A stretch of 64,000 nt of DNA, taken from contig NC_086115.1 of assembly GCF_963921235.1 (NCBI RefSeq), positions 52,452,001 to 52,516,000 of the forward strand, given 5' to 3'. The notes under the pieces are model-generated. The model was not told the origin of the DNA. It saw only the letters and a list, made by a program, of their open reading frames with translations, and ran no database searches. The DNA comes from Mobula hypostoma (taxonomy: Eukaryota). Of the stretch, positions 13,087-26,913 are shown piece after piece. Position 1 is the first letter of the stretch; every line of letters starts with the position of its first letter. Position numbers and translations under genes: made by a program.

Positions 13087-13619
13087 TACTCAGTGGTCAC
13101 TTGATTAAGTATCTCCTGTACCTAATAAGGTGGTCACTGAGTGTACATTTGTGGTCTACTGCTGCTATAGCCCAAGAACTTCAAGGCTCAACATGTAATT
13201 CTTCTGCCCACCGCTGTTGTAATGCATGGTTATTTGAGTTACTGTCGCCTTCCTGTCAACTTGAACAAGTCTGGCTATTCTTCTCGGATCTCTCTCATTA
13301 ACAAAGCATTTTGCCTAAAGAACTGCAGCTCACTGAATGTTTTTTTGTTTCTCACATCATTCTCTGTAAGACCTAGAGACTAACATGCGTGAAAATTCCA
13401 GTGGATCAGCAGTTTCTAAGATATTCAAACCTGGCACCAACCAATCCACGGTCAACGTCACTGAGATCACATTTCTTTCCCATTCTGATGTTTGGTCTGA
13501 ACAACTGAATCACTTGACCATGTCTGCATTCTTTTATACATTTGAGTTTCTGCAACAGATTGGTGGATTAGGTATTTACATTAACAAGTAGGTGTATGGA
13601 ATAAAGTGGCCACTAAGTG
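13087..13619. mobile_element. non-autonomous Tc1/mariner element
   Basis: TIRs ACTCAGTGGTCACTT / AAGTGGCCACTAAGTG flanked by TA. Confidence 0.85.
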
Positions 13620-15033
13620 TATACCTTCGTAGCTTCTCCAAACATTTTGTTTAAGAACAAGTTTGGCCTCAGTTAAAGTCTCGTAAATTCATTCAGGAAA
13701 CGGGGGAAATCTTTGCATGCTGCTAATGCAGGGTATCCACGAAGACATCAGTAATCTCCCTTCAAACTAAGAAAAGTACTGGAAACAGTAATTAAATATT
13801 TGAACAAGTTACACAATTATGCTCGTCTCATTTACTGTAAAAAGGTAAAAACAGTTTTGGAAAAAGATCAAACTCTGGCATTTTAGATTGTAGTTAGAGG
13901 TAGAACAGGGTGGGGTTGCTTTCATAGGAGGTAATGGAGATAATAAACATACATTTGGGGCAATGAGTTCCAGCAAGCTTTGGTGATGAATTCTGAAACC
14001 CAAAGGAGAATTATAAAATAAATTTCAAGTGTAAGTGAATTTCAAATGTAATAAATTTCTTCTTACATTTCTAAAATAATTTCAATTAAAATTGGTCACA
14101 CAATGAATTCAGCATAGTTCTTTGCAAACTAGCATTTTACTCACTAAACACTGAAATTAATTGTTGAAATGACTACTTTGGCAAGTGTAAAGCTTCATAT
14201 AAATCGATTATTGTCTCAGTGCTTCACTTCAGCAATTACTTGAAGAATCTGCTCCAAATGTCAGTTAGAGCATATGTGAAGGAACTTCAGTAAGTAATGT
14301 AACAGACCTCTGATCTCTACCAAATAAAACTGTGCCCAATTTTCATACTTAAATCCTGGTCACCTTAAAACAAACAATGGAGTTAAGCAAAGGGTTATAT
14401 CATGGTCCAAGAACAGAAATCAAACCAGAGTCTTAGAACATCAATCCCTGTTCGCCATGAGTTTTGTGAATTATTACAATTATCTGAAGTTTCCTATTTT
14501 GAGAACTGGTCTTCAGGCACCATGCAGGTAAGCAACTGCCATCTAGGTAAGAGTTGTTACACATAAATACACATAATTTACAGATCTATTATATAACATT
14601 AAAATACAAAGTTCTTAAGAGCTATTTGCATTACAAGTCAAAATTCTTCAATACTCAAGTTCTCCAAAAGCTCACTTGATAATGATGAGAATTAAATTTT
14701 AAGACAAGTAATGATGGTGCCATACTTAATACGAAAAGTCGATGAGGAAAGAATTGGTGAAACTACTCAATCCCATAAACTAAACAGCCATTACTGCGAA
14801 AGTCAATGCATTGATGTCAAATGGACATACAATTTGCTTTTGTTATTTTTCAAATAGTTGCCAACAATAAGTAGGAAGGAATGGCCATTTAGTTAAGGTA
14901 GCAAGATAGGTGAATGGTAATCATAGAGCCATATCTACACCAAAAGTCAATCCTTCAGACAAAGAAGAGAGAAATTTGTAAACAGCTCTTATACCTAATA
15001 TTACCATTAAATATGCAATTATAAAATATATAC

Positions 15034-15159
15034 CTTGACATTGTCAAAATTGATGGCACAGGTAGATGATGCACGAATCCCAAGCTTATTTTCTTTCTTC
15101 CCTACTTGGAGACCTTCAGTATCTTTATCCACTATGAAGCATGTGATTCCTTTATATCC
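15034..15159 (-). CDS. ACADSB: ACADSB exon 6
   Basis: [42 protein letters not shown]; 126 nt. Confidence 0.97.
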
Positions 15160-16104
15160 CTGGGAAAACAGGAACTTAATTTTATCCATCAATTTCCAGG
15201 TTTTATTGACATTCAGATCTTACTAGTTTTCAATTGGTTTCTAATTCACTCCAACAGAATGGAGCTGGAAGTTGCTAGGAAATCCCAGGTGTTTTCTGCC
15301 AATTTATCCCTCATCAGTACTGGCAAATTCAGAATTTCAAAGCAAATGTAAAAGTCCCAAACTTAAGGGTAAAACTCTAATGGTAATTTCCTAGCCCTTC
15401 TACCAAACAAATTGTAGACATGCCAACACAAAATTAATTGCTAATGGTGTGTGTGTGTCAACGTGGTCATACCAGGCATCATACAGCTAATGATTAGCTT
15501 CCATTTGATGTAGTAAAGAATCCAAACATCCAAAGACAAAACAAAACAAACATGGGTGAAAACTGTAATGTCACAACTACGTGTGTAAGAAAAGTCACTA
15601 CTTTCAAATTTCACTAAAAGCACCAGGGAGATGAAGAATTGCAAGGCACTGTAATACTGTGGCGCCCCATATTGAATGTTCTCACATGAGCCATTGCTGT
15701 TCAAGTGAGAATAGTGAAATCTTTTTATTGTTGGTTTAGTGCTATGTTCAACCATGCAAACAAAATGAAGATGTCATTTTATATCATGCAAGAATATTAC
15801 CAAATAAAATTGACTTGCAATTACTAACTTCTGCTGTCTAAATATCGCAGATTCTATTAATTCATCTTTTGGACAATCTCAAGTTATCCTGTTCTAAAGC
15901 AGAAACTTTGAAATGATTTTGATAAAATTCTTCACTAAATGCAAGTTGAATATGATTGAAACTACTTGTAATTGCAACAATATTTACTTTGAACTTTGAA
16001 TATTGCACTCGCCACCATAATGAAAAAGTATTTAAAGATGTTAAAACAACTACAATAGATATAAACTTTATATTAATAAGGTGACAGATCAAGCAGCAAA
16101 CTGT

Positions 16105-17000
16105 GGGTCAGTTACTGGTTGCATTACAGCCTAGCATAGAAACACCAATGTCCTTAAATGGAAAATACTACAAAAAGTAATGGATATGGTTCAGTCCATC
16201 ATGGGTAAGTCCTCGCAACCACTGAGCACATCCATATGGGATGTTGGCGCAGGAAAGCAGCATCCATCATCAAGGAACCACCCCCCCCACCCCCACCACC
16301 CAGGACATGCTCCCTTCTCACTACTGCCATCAGGAAGGAGATACAGGAGCCACAGGAGCCTCGGGACTCACACCACCAGGATCAGGAACAGTTACTACCC
16401 CTCAATCATCAGGGTCTTGAACCAGAGGAGATAACTTCACTGATCTCATCACTGAACTGTTCCCACAACCTACTGACTCACTTTCAAGGGCTCTTCATCT
16501 GCGTTGGGGCACGTGGCCGAGAGGTTAAGGCGTTCGTCTAGTTACCTCAAGGTCTCTAGTTCAAGCCTCAGATGTGGCAGCGTGTTTGTGTCCTTGAGCA
16601 AGGCACCTAATCACACATTGCTCTAGTCTGTGCGAGGAGTGGCGCCCCACACAGACTTCCAATCTGCACCTTGTAAGGCATGGAAGTGCCCGACGCAGGC
16701 CTCTCATGGTCTGAGTCGACGTTCCCTCCCTCCCTCATCTCTGGTTCTTTGTATTTATTGCTTAATTTTATTATTTTCTTTTTTTTCCCCTTTCTTTTTG
16801 TATTTGCAGTTTGTTTTCTTTTACAAGTTTGTTGTCTTTTGCACATTGGTTGTTTGTCCATCTTGTTAGGTGTGGTCTTTGATTGATTCTATTGTGCTTC
16901 TTCCACTTACTGCGAAGGCTTGCAAGAAAATGAATCTCATGGTTGTATATTGTGACATTTATGTACTTTGATAATAAATTAACTTTGAGCTTTTAACTTT
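16105..17000 (+). mobile_element. Rex1/Babar 3' fragment with nested SINE
   Basis: HPGHAPFSLLPSGRRYRS...NSYYPSIIRVLN; tail TTTGATAATAAATT..ACTTTG. Confidence 0.85.
16501..16734 (+). mobile_element. tRNA-derived SINE with the same head/core but a different tail
   Basis: GGGGCACGTGGCCGAGAGGTTAAGGCG..TGTCCTTGAGCAAGGCAC; (CCCT)n tail; TCATCT on both flanks. Confidence 0.85.
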
Positions 17001-18329
17001 GTTACATCAAAAACAATGTTAACTGCCAAGAATATGGTGAAGCAGGACAGCATTTAAAACTTACCAAATAGTAAACTCAACACATTAATTAAGAATGTGG
17101 TGTATGAAACAGGCTGATAACCACAGACAGAGCAAGTACATTGAATCTACTAAGAAAATACTAAAGAAGTAAGAGACCTGAGAACTAAAGCGTGGGGGTG
17201 TGTGAGGGCACGCCTTATTTGCCGGTCAAAAGCAGCTTCCTTTGTGCCAGGTGGTGATTGATTCATTTAAAGCTTGCAATGTTCTTTTCCCATTGGTTGG
17301 CTTGCACGCCATGGTGCCCATTTTGGGGATACAAGAGTAGTACAAGCTAGAGGTTTGCCCTCTTTCGTTCCTGCCACCCATGGGTCCTGCTTCAGGCTGA
17401 AGTCGTGAGCAGTGCTGAAGGTCCATTAGGAAAGAGCGTTGTAGATGTAAACGAGCTTCTTGCATTGGTATAGTTAAGTATCAATTTATAGCATGCTTAG
17501 TTCTTTGGTTTTATAACTCGGGGAGATTTAGCAGCATATCAGTTCAATTAAAGAGTAACTGAATGTACAATATAGTGGTCTTGGGTAGCTTAGACAAGTG
17601 CTTGTTTAGCTAGGTGCCTGGTTTATTGTTTCACTGTTCATTGCTAAATTAATAATTAAAATACCCATTTTTAAAATTGTGTCTTCCGTTTCACTCACTG
17701 GATCCTCAAACCTGCCCTTCCACATTACAAGCAGGGGCAGAATACAGATTAAGAGCTAGGAAAGTGAAATATCCAAAGGATTGTTGCATCGACACAGAAG
17801 GCATTTCTGGCAGAATAGGAGACAATTCCCACAAAGGTCTTAGACAAGAAAGTTCTAATTGATAAGGAATAGCTCAATGCACAAAATAAGAAATGGGGCT
17901 ATTAATGAAAAAATATTTTACTTAAGTGATAAAGGGCAATATAGCTAAACAGATTGTTAATTAGCAAAGAGAAAAAAATCTTTATAGAAGATGAGCATGA
18001 GAAGGAGGATTGACAGAGCAAAAGGGAGTACAAGCGCACCAGGAACAGAACCTCAAGGAAACAGGGACAAAGGAGATCACAACATGAACACCTTGGGGGA
18101 GATAGAGATGAATTTTTCAGGATTGAGGAAAAGACTGATCAGTTTCGTCAAGAATTGATCCTTTGCATTGGATGCAAATTATTTAATAAATACGTTATGA
18201 TTATTCTTTGGTTTAAGATGTCGCTAACTACTGGTTTGAGTGACAGCTTGCTAGTGCCCAATGAAATAAAAAAAACTAAATTCTTTGTTATTCACACTTT
18301 TCCTAGTAAACAATTGCTACAAATAATGG

Positions 18330-19165
18330 CCTGTGGGTTCGCTGTCAGAGTTGAGCCGAATTGCGTGTATTTGCAGTGTGACTGGAGTCGCATTGGGGCA
18401 GGGCGGTTACAGCACATCCCGGCTAGAGTTGCTGGAGTGGACTTGGGAGCAATTCGATGTGGCGAAGCCGAGGCGAGGCGTGGGAAGATCCAGGGTTTGA
18501 TTGATTTAAAAGCCAAGCCAAATTGGAACGATGGGGCCTTTTTAAGCCCGGGGGCGAGGACCAACCCGAGGTTTGGAGAATTTAAGCACCGAGCCAGATT
18601 GAAATGGTCAGGGTGTCAGGGTCAGAAATGAGAGACAGGCTCGCTGCTCCATGGGGTTTGCTCAACTCTGTGCTGAACTGAGACCTTCTGATTTGGCTTC
18701 AGTGAACTTCTGAATTGGCTGCAGTGATGCCTGGCGTTGTGAACTCCAGTTCTGAATGCTTTTTGCTTTATCGTTTGCACAATTTGTTTTTTTCTTCCTC
18801 TCTCTGCACATCAGAATCAGAATCAGGTTTATTATCACCGGCATGTGTTGTGAAATTTGTTAACTTAGCAGCAGCAGTTCAATGCAATGCATAATATAGA
18901 AGAAAAATAAATAAATCAATTACAGTATATGTATATTGAATAGATTGAAATTGTGCAAAAAACAGAATATATATTAAAAAAAGTGAGGTAGTGTTCACGG
19001 TTTCAATGTCCATTTAGGAATTGGATGGCAGAGGAGAAGAAGCTCTTCTTTTGTTTTTAATGGGTTCTATGTTTTATGGCTGCCTACAAGTAGATGAAAC
19101 TCAAGGTTGTATAAACTATCCACACTTTGATAATAAATGTACTTCGAACTTTAAAACAATATTAC
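18330..19165 (+). mobile_element. CpG-rich non-autonomous element with Rex1-type tail, interrupted by a minus-strand (ATTCTG)n-tailed fragment at ~18810-19045
   Basis: Ends CTTTGATAATAAATGTACTTCGAACTTT like the Rex1 copies; no RT ORF. Confidence 0.6.
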
Positions 19166-19645
19166 TGTACACAGTGGTACAAATCTTTCAAATGAGAATA
19201 AATTAGAAAATAAAGCAAATCTCTTGATTTCAACTCCTTTTATCCTGCTGCTCAACCACATTTACAACCTAATTGAAAATGCTGCCGTGGCTTCTGTTAC
19301 ATTCAAATAGTCTGTTGGTATGTTCCACATCCCCAGTACCCATAATTATTAAGAGAATTCTTATTTGCTATTCTGAAATTACTTACATACAATTTTGGTG
19401 ACTGTGTTCCAAAGCACTGAAAACATTATTTGTGCACTCCCTGTCTTAGGGAAGGCACATAGGTTAGTATAAAAATTCACATGTTCAATGTTGAATAGAG
19501 AAAAATTCACAAAAAGTTAATAGACTTAGGACAAGAAAACTTCTATACTCAGGCTTCCTGAACTAGACAGAGTAGACAGGATAGTGATATATTAAGTAGT
19601 TAGGCTCATCTTTGGATCAAAGAGATTTAAAAGAAAACTCTAGAT

Positions 19646-19725
19646 CAGGGGTTCCCAACTTGGGGTCTACAGATCCCTTGCTTAATGGTATTAGTCTATG
19701 GCAATGAAAAGGTTCAGAACCCCCG
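19646..19725. mobile_element. 80-bp hAT MITE
   Basis: CAGGGGTTCCCAAC...GTTCAGAACCCCCG with 8-bp TSD CTCTAGAT/ATCTAGAT. Confidence 0.85.
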
Positions 19726-19855
19726 ATCTAGATGAAGGAAGCTGAATAGTTCATTTAATATTTGGTTTTGAAAAATATTTATTCAAATCAAAATTCTGAA
19801 CATTTGTATAGTTTCCTGAATTCTTCACAGTAAAAACATTAGATCTGATACTTAC

Positions 19856-20026
19856 ATCTGAGGGGTTTGCATTTGCCATAACTAGAAATACTCCAGCAAA
19901 ATCAGCATTACTAATCCACATCTTGGAGCCATTGATGACGTAGTAATCTTTATGCTTCTCAGCATTAGTTTTCAAAGAGAATGCATCACTTCCAGAATCA
20001 ACTTCTGAAAGACAGAAACTGCCAAC
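19856..20026 (-). CDS. ACADSB: ACADSB exon 5
   Basis: [20 protein letters not shown]...[27 protein letters not shown], the acyl-CoA dehydrogenase FAD-binding signature; 171 nt. Confidence 0.97.
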
Positions 20027-20769
20027 CTAAAAATATTAAAAGTGGTTATTAAAGATTACATTTTATGGATAGTAACATGGCGTAACAATTGCTGACTCTA
20101 CTGTAATCTTAAATAAATAACCAACAGCAGGCAAGACAAATGTCTCAAACACCCTCTATAACATGAGAATCACTCAGGCACTTACTGAGACAAATCAAAC
20201 TTGCAACCATATCATTTCCATGTCAGAGCACACATGATGACACAATTGCCTGCAAGCTAAGTAGCGATCCTTGGCAGCATCTCGCAGTAGTACATCAAGT
20301 CTCCCCATCCAAAAATTTCATCCATTGAGAAGGCTGCCCATCTTGATTCTGAACCACTCACCAATGACCAAACTTCCCCAATCTCCCCCAAGACCAACTG
20401 GTGTTTGGGTTTGTAGCTGCTAATCTCCCAAATCCAGCCTAGGAAAATATCTGCAGGATGGCTAAAAGAAATTGCAATGGCTGATCTTCTGTAACCAATT
20501 CATTGAAGTCCAGTTGGTGCACCCAAACGGATGAAGGAAAATTTCAGGTTTAAATTTTGTTTGTCATGGAATGAGCAATGAAAATTAATTTTATTTAATT
20601 TTCAAATCACTGCCAATGACAAACTGCCAATTTTTCATAAATTATTACACTGCATATTTATCACAATTATGCAAATTTGCATTATCCAATCAAACACCGA
20701 CTTATTTCTCATGTGCAGTATAAAGGCAGCAAACTTTCTTCAAACAACCGCATTGATTGCTTCAGTTTT

Positions 20770-20955
20770 TTGCCTTCTACAATCCAAAGGTGTACTGGGC
20801 AGGTTAATTGGTCATTGTAAATTGTCCTGTGATTCGGTTAGGGTTAATTGGGTTTGTTGGGGGTTGCTGGGGCGAAGTGGCTCGAAGGGCTGAAAGGGCC
20901 TATTGTGCGCGCTATCGGTAAGTAAGTAAGTAAGCAGATAGATAGATAGATAGAT
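20770..20955 (+). mobile_element. 5'-truncated V-SINE with (TAAG)n(GATA)n microsatellite tail
   Basis: CAATCCAAAGG..GGTTAATTGGTCATTGTAAATTGTCC; tandem tetramers at 20918-20955. Confidence 0.75.
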
Positions 20956-21200
20956 GGAATACAACTAATCATTTTGCTGGCTATCCTTCCTTAAAAAATT
21001 GTACTAGGATGGTGGAGGAAAAAAAAGCATGGTTACTAATCTTGGTAGAACCTTAGAGTGTTTTAGAGCAGTTTAGATCACTGAAAGCTGTTTTATAACT
21101 CTGGGCATTTAGTATCAAACAAGCCAACATTTCAGATGTAGTTATCTTTCAAGTACAAAAACATAACTTAAGGGTTCTAAAGTTTCCATTCACAGCTCAC

Positions 21201-21407
21201 CATATCTTTGGCAAGTCGAGGTAGATATTTTCTTTTTTGTTCTTCAGTGCCACATTTCATTAATAACGTGTTGATCAAGGTGTTCTGTATGTCACAAAGG
21301 ACTGCTACTGAGGGGTCCACCTTGGCCAACTCTTCAATGACGAGGATAGAGGAAAAGAAGGTTGATTCTGATCCACCATACTTTTCCTGAATTTCAATTC
21401 CCATCAA
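21201..21407 (-). CDS. ACADSB: ACADSB exon 4
   Basis: [44 protein letters not shown]...YLPRLAKDM; 207 nt. Confidence 0.97.
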
Positions 21408-24209
21408 CTAAAAACAAAGAAGAATCATAAATAAGAAACAATTCAAATAATCACGTGACATTTGGTAAATTAAGTTGTACTAAATGAAAACCTGACACTT
21501 TCACTTCCATTTTGCAACAGGCTGATAAACATGGATAACTAAGTGACTGCCTACAAAACCAGTGACGATGTTTCTATAAAACCAGACCGTCCAAAGAAAA
21601 TAAGACTTTTTGTGACATTAAGGTTGTATGTTAAAGAAAAATGAATAATTATGCTAGTAAGAGGAATGCAATTAAACAAATAAGGGTGCTTAGAGCAGGA
21701 AAAGAACTTCAAGAGATGCACATATTTGCTATATCAAGGGTCTGTGTGTGTTAGAGGATATCAGAACCACTTACTTGTGAATGGAATTCTCTATTTTAGG
21801 AATTATAAAAGTGCTGATGGTAAATAAAAGAATAGTAAAACTGCACAGCAGGTATGAGGCATGTAAAAATATCCAAGAGGCATGGGAAAGTAAATGCCAG
21901 CTGGTAATCTGTTTAAAATGCAACACTATTCACAGTGCTGCACAAATGAAACAGCATGAAAGACACCAGTCATAGCTTGATGGTAACGTGCAATTTTTCA
22001 TCTTTCTTCTGATAGTAACTAGAGTCAGGATCCTGACCAGAGATAGAAAAAGAGAGCAAAATATAACAATGGAATCGTTAATAACTAACTGAAAATGAAA
22101 GTGAACAAGTATTTTGTTGGTAATCAAAAAATTACGAACAATCATGGCAGGATTTTCTGAGAGCATGAGGAAGAGAAAACAAGAGGGCTTCCACCTAGAC
22201 ATTAAGGATCAGGGCCTGGGATACTGAGGAAGATGTGAGAGAAATTGAGGGCTTTCAAAGCTGTTTGGGAACTTGGTCTATGATCAAAGGGAATGAAGAT
22301 AGAGAGACAACTTGGTGAAGTGGGAAGGGGGGAGGCAGGTGAGAGATTACAGCCCTCATGAGCAATAGGATTGTTTGAGTGGGGTGGTGGTGGGGGGAGG
22401 TTGGGAAAGTAAGTACAAAAACAAGTATATGACACTTGATCTTCCAGAGTCTCAATCCAAGTTTACAGTATTGTTACTTCGTTGTCCCAAGAACACCTGA
22501 TGATAAAGGCACTGGAAATTGTATTGTGTGTGCAAAGGTGAAATCTTTGAAGACACACTGGCTAAATCTCAGGAGTGAAATGAAATTACATGACTTATGA
22601 ATGAATAAAGGCAATTTTCAATGATCTAATGCTGAAAAACACAAGTATCATGCACTTGAATTTTTAGGCCTTAAATGTTTTGAAACATACTACCTATTTC
22701 CCCAGGCCCTGTTGATGAGGAAATCAATCAAAGGCAGGCTTGGCCACTTATGACTATTTTTGTATTTATCTGTGCAACATTAGTAAAATAACTCAATGTA
22801 GAAATATAGAAAAATTAAGAATCTTACATTTTTGTTACGTACAACTGGTGATGGCTTAAAAATAAGGTATTAATCTAGCACAACAGTTTTAAATTCTGAT
22901 AGGTTTGGAGGAAAGTAAATATAAATTGTCACTTTGGCATCAATTATAACTTGTAATAAGTATGAATAAAGAAGGTGGATTAATAAAATTGTTCTCTTTT
23001 TCAAATCATAGACAGACCTTATTAATGTTTCAGCTAAATTGGACATGGCTATCTATATTCTAGAAACAGCAAAGGAGATGAATGAAAGAAAGAGGGTACT
23101 CCTTCCAGCGATATGTTAGTGATATCTTTCATGGCTCCCCAACCTTTCAGTCAAATCTTAATTTAACATCTTAACATGTAAGGAAATATGAAGACAGATA
23201 TAGGCTCAGAAAATTCTTAGAATGAACCTTGAAATCTTTCTTGTTCTTCAAAAGGTGAGAAGTTACAAACAGCCAAACTAAATTGTCATATTTATAGATC
23301 AGTTTTAAAACCTTTTTCCTACACAATTCTGAATTTTCTGTATTTGTTCAATAATTCCCTTTGTAATTGCTCGGTGCAACAAATTGAACTTTGCTAATTA
23401 TAACAGTTGAGGAGAACAGTTCCCATTGTTACTATAGAGTAGGTAGAACAACAACTTCAGATAACTGCACAATGACCATGACAAATAAACTGTGAGAAGA
23501 TACCCTCTACTTTAAAGTCTACTATTTCAGTGGACTTTACTGAAAAACTCCCAACACTAAGTGTTCTATCAAGCCTCTGTTAATACCATTGTTAGAAGCT
23601 TGCATTAAAATCCTTCCCTCTGAAAAATATTTTCAAAATTCATTCCCTTCAGAGTTGCAAATGTAGAGACTGCATTTAAGACAAATGTTTTATGCTACAA
23701 ATTCACCCGACAATTAGACTACTCCAATTTATTTCACCGAATGTTGACAATTTGAAAAGCTTATAAATTTCTCAAATACACATCAAATGTAGAGCTCTTA
23801 AAAGCAAAAGTGCAATATGCCTCAACCCAAGCTAAAGACCTACAATGTAAGAATAATATCATGTCTAGTTTAACAAAAATATTTTTGGACACGAATATTT
23901 TGATTTAATTGAGAAGTTGGAAGAGTTTCTTTAAACAATTAGTGTAGAATTAGTGCAAAAAGGTTGTTGATGTTTATCAGAGGGCCTGTTTCCATGTTGT
24001 ATCTCTCTATGAATCCATGGCCTGTTTATTTCCATATAGAAGAGTTGCTTACTTACTTCACCAAGGATCCTTACTATCCATGGTTAAATGATATACAAAT
24101 GTTTGTATGTTGTATAAAACTGATAAAAGGAGTTTTGCTTAGTGTTCAGAGAATTGTACTTTCTCCCCAACATTATAATTGCAATTAAGCAGCTTGAACA
24201 GGTACATAA

Positions 24210-24325
24210 ACAACAAACAACAGGAACGACGAAGGGTCTCGGCCTGAAACGTCGACTGTACCTCTTCCTAGAGATGCTGCCTGGCCTGCTGCGTTCACCA
24301 GCAACTTTGATGTGTGTTGCTTGAA
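24210..24325 (+). mobile_element. short young PLE terminus insertion with flanking direct repeat
   Basis: GCTTGAACAGGTACATAA at 24192-24209 and 24319-24336. Confidence 0.85.
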
Positions 24326-24691
24326 CAGGTACATAACTAATTTGTGCACAATGTACGTACAAGAAAGAAACCAGTAATTTGTCCACATGACAAAGATGTG
24401 CCAGCAAACCTCAAATGTTTAAACCATCAGAGAGGATGTGCATACCTCTAGTCCATACTGGATTAAACATAACTTTCTGAGAAACTGAGAGTTAGCTATA
24501 TAATTTAATACTGTTTTAGCTAATTTAAAGATAGACAAAAAGCAACAATTTACCCAATTATGTGCAAAGTTTTGGCACTGGAAAAAAAATTCTGAACACA
24601 ATCATCTGAAGCATACAGTTCCTATCCATGACCTTTGGAGTTATGGTACAGAGTAACAAACATAAGACTTCTCCAATAAAATATTACTAAC

Positions 24692-24792
24692 CCCTTGTTC
24701 AAACAATCCTGCAATGACAGATTCATCCATGTGTGACTGCTCATCCATTTTGCGCACCAGTGGTGATATTCGCTCCTGAGCAAACTTCGCAA
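24692..24792 (-). CDS. ACADSB: ACADSB exon 3
   Basis: (V)AKFAQERISPLVRKMDEQSHMDESVIAGLFEQG; 101 nt, AG/GT boundaries. Confidence 0.95.
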
Positions 24793-26044
24793 CTAAAAAA
24801 AATTCCAAGTTGTCAGAAAGAAAAAATTATACTTCACCCCACTGAAAAAGTAAAGACACTGAAATAAAGTATACAGTATTTTTCATAGTTTACAGTTAGG
24901 AATTTATATCATCTATTTCCTTTTGATGTTCTTATCTATTCATCAGAGTGATGGATCCCACCAGCAGGAATGACATTTTTCTACTCTACACAGTGTTAGT
25001 ATCATGTATTCAGAGGTTGATATAGCACCTAAACCAGAAGAGAAATATCTTCGATAATATCTGAAGTAAGCAACTGAGGTCTGGTAGATCTTAATTCCTA
25101 TTCTCTTCCTACAGTACATTATAAAAAGGTAATTAACTCAAAACCTGGATTTAAAAATAAGGAAAAATATACATTGAACTAACAACCAAAACCAATCAAA
25201 CATATCCATACAGCTAACCTCTCAGAATGAACTGGGATTACAATTTGAAGGATACCTTTAAATAGCCTTGATCGCAGAATGAAATATCATTGATTTTATC
25301 TCCTGTTAAAACTTTACCTGCTCTAATTTTCACCTCAAAATGCAAAGGACAGAATAAGATATTTGCAATTATATGGAGAATAAACCATTCCCAATGGTCA
25401 TAGAAAGGAATTGCAAATTTTACAAAAGGGCAAACCATTAAAAAAAACTACACATTATTCATTGTCTAGGTCCTCTTCTTAATAATAGCAATGCCAGACT
25501 GCCACACAATGAAATCTACAAACATAATACAACATAATTATATGCAGGGTACAAACAATACTCACATTAACATACAAGACTCTTATATTTGCCATTACTT
25601 GATCAGTACATTGGTTCACATGACAAGACTGTCAGAGGTTAGTTATTATGGATAAAATGAATTACTGGCATCTGTATACTTATAGTTAGTTGAAGAAATC
25701 TAAAGTTGCTATTCAGTTTGGTCTAATCCTTGAAAATATTCATGCGCTCTCACCCCAACTAAATGTTGTCCATTCATATTAAGTCCACTAGTAAATCAAC
25801 TTGCTTTAGTGTGAATAAACAATTGTAGCTCATACTAAACCCCATCTTACCTTCCATAACACAAGTTTATCTTGGATCCCCCATCCACCAGTTGAATTTC
25901 GAACACACTGCCATTATTATATGTAAAATATCCATTAAAAAAGTTAAACAAATCACAGCCTTTGTTTCTCAAAATGTCCCATTTTTTCCTCCATGTCTTT
26001 TTCTTGTGCTGTTAATTTCTACAGTTATTCTTCTTCATTTCTAA

Positions 26045-26427
26045 CATCATCATCATGTGCCATGTCATATGACGTGGGCAGTCCTGGTCTTTCCATGACC
26101 ATGATTGTCCTTGGCAAATATTCTACAGAATTGGTTTACTATTGCCCTTTTCTGGGCAGTGTCTTTACATGACGGGCGACCCCAGCCATTATCGATACTC
26201 TTCAGAGATTGTCTGCCTAATGTCAGTGGTTGCATAACCAGGACTTGTTATGTGCACCAGCTGTTCATACCACCACCCACCATCTGCTCCCATGGCTTCA
26301 CATGACCCTGATTTTTGGGGGAGGGGTGGGGCTAAGCACCTTGCCCAAGGGTGACCTGCAGGCTAGCGGAGGGAAGGAGCACCTTACACCTCCTTTGGTA
26401 GAAACTTATCTCCACCCTGCTACCCAT
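26045..26427 (-). mobile_element. short retroposon with (GAT)n tail; opposite-orientation copy at ~1815-2090
   Basis: The two loci share GGGTGGAGA..CTACCAAAGGAGGTGT..TCACCTTGGGCAA..GCTTAGC. Confidence 0.75.
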
Positions 26428-26913
26428 AATTTCCAATATTTCTTCTAATTACTTGTTTCTAGTTACTTCCCATGAGTGTTTCTTACTAAACATGTCAGTA
26501 AAATGGAAGAAATGCATAAAAACAGTAAGACAGGTTTAAGATTGGTTTCGGTGCCGGTTGGTGGTAATTGTTAAAGAGGGATCCCACTCAGTGCTAATAA
26601 TGAACACAAGCAGGTAACTGAAAACAAAATCTTTTGAAAAAAAGGTGACAAGTGGCAAGATGATCAAAAAGACTGTGTATGTGTTTTCTCCAATATCAAA
26701 CTGAAATAACAATATTAAAATAGATGAATCAGGATGTACCCAACCCACTCTTCCTTCACCTCTACCTCGCCATATCCACTGTATATTTACTATTGGAATT
26801 AAAGATTAATTTAGAGTTATAGAGCCATAGAGCAATTCTGTGCAGATATAGGCTCTGCAGCCCAAAAAATCCAAGTGCCCACCAGCTAGTCCAAATTTCC
26901 ATCTTTGCATGGA

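Noticed and set aside
17201-17729. Possible solo LTR (TGTGA...TTACA)
   Set aside because: No matching TSD, second LTR or internal domain found
18155-18631. 158-aa ORF in a CpG-rich patch
   Set aside because: Falls within a repeat-like element ending in a Rex1 tail; no recognisable protein
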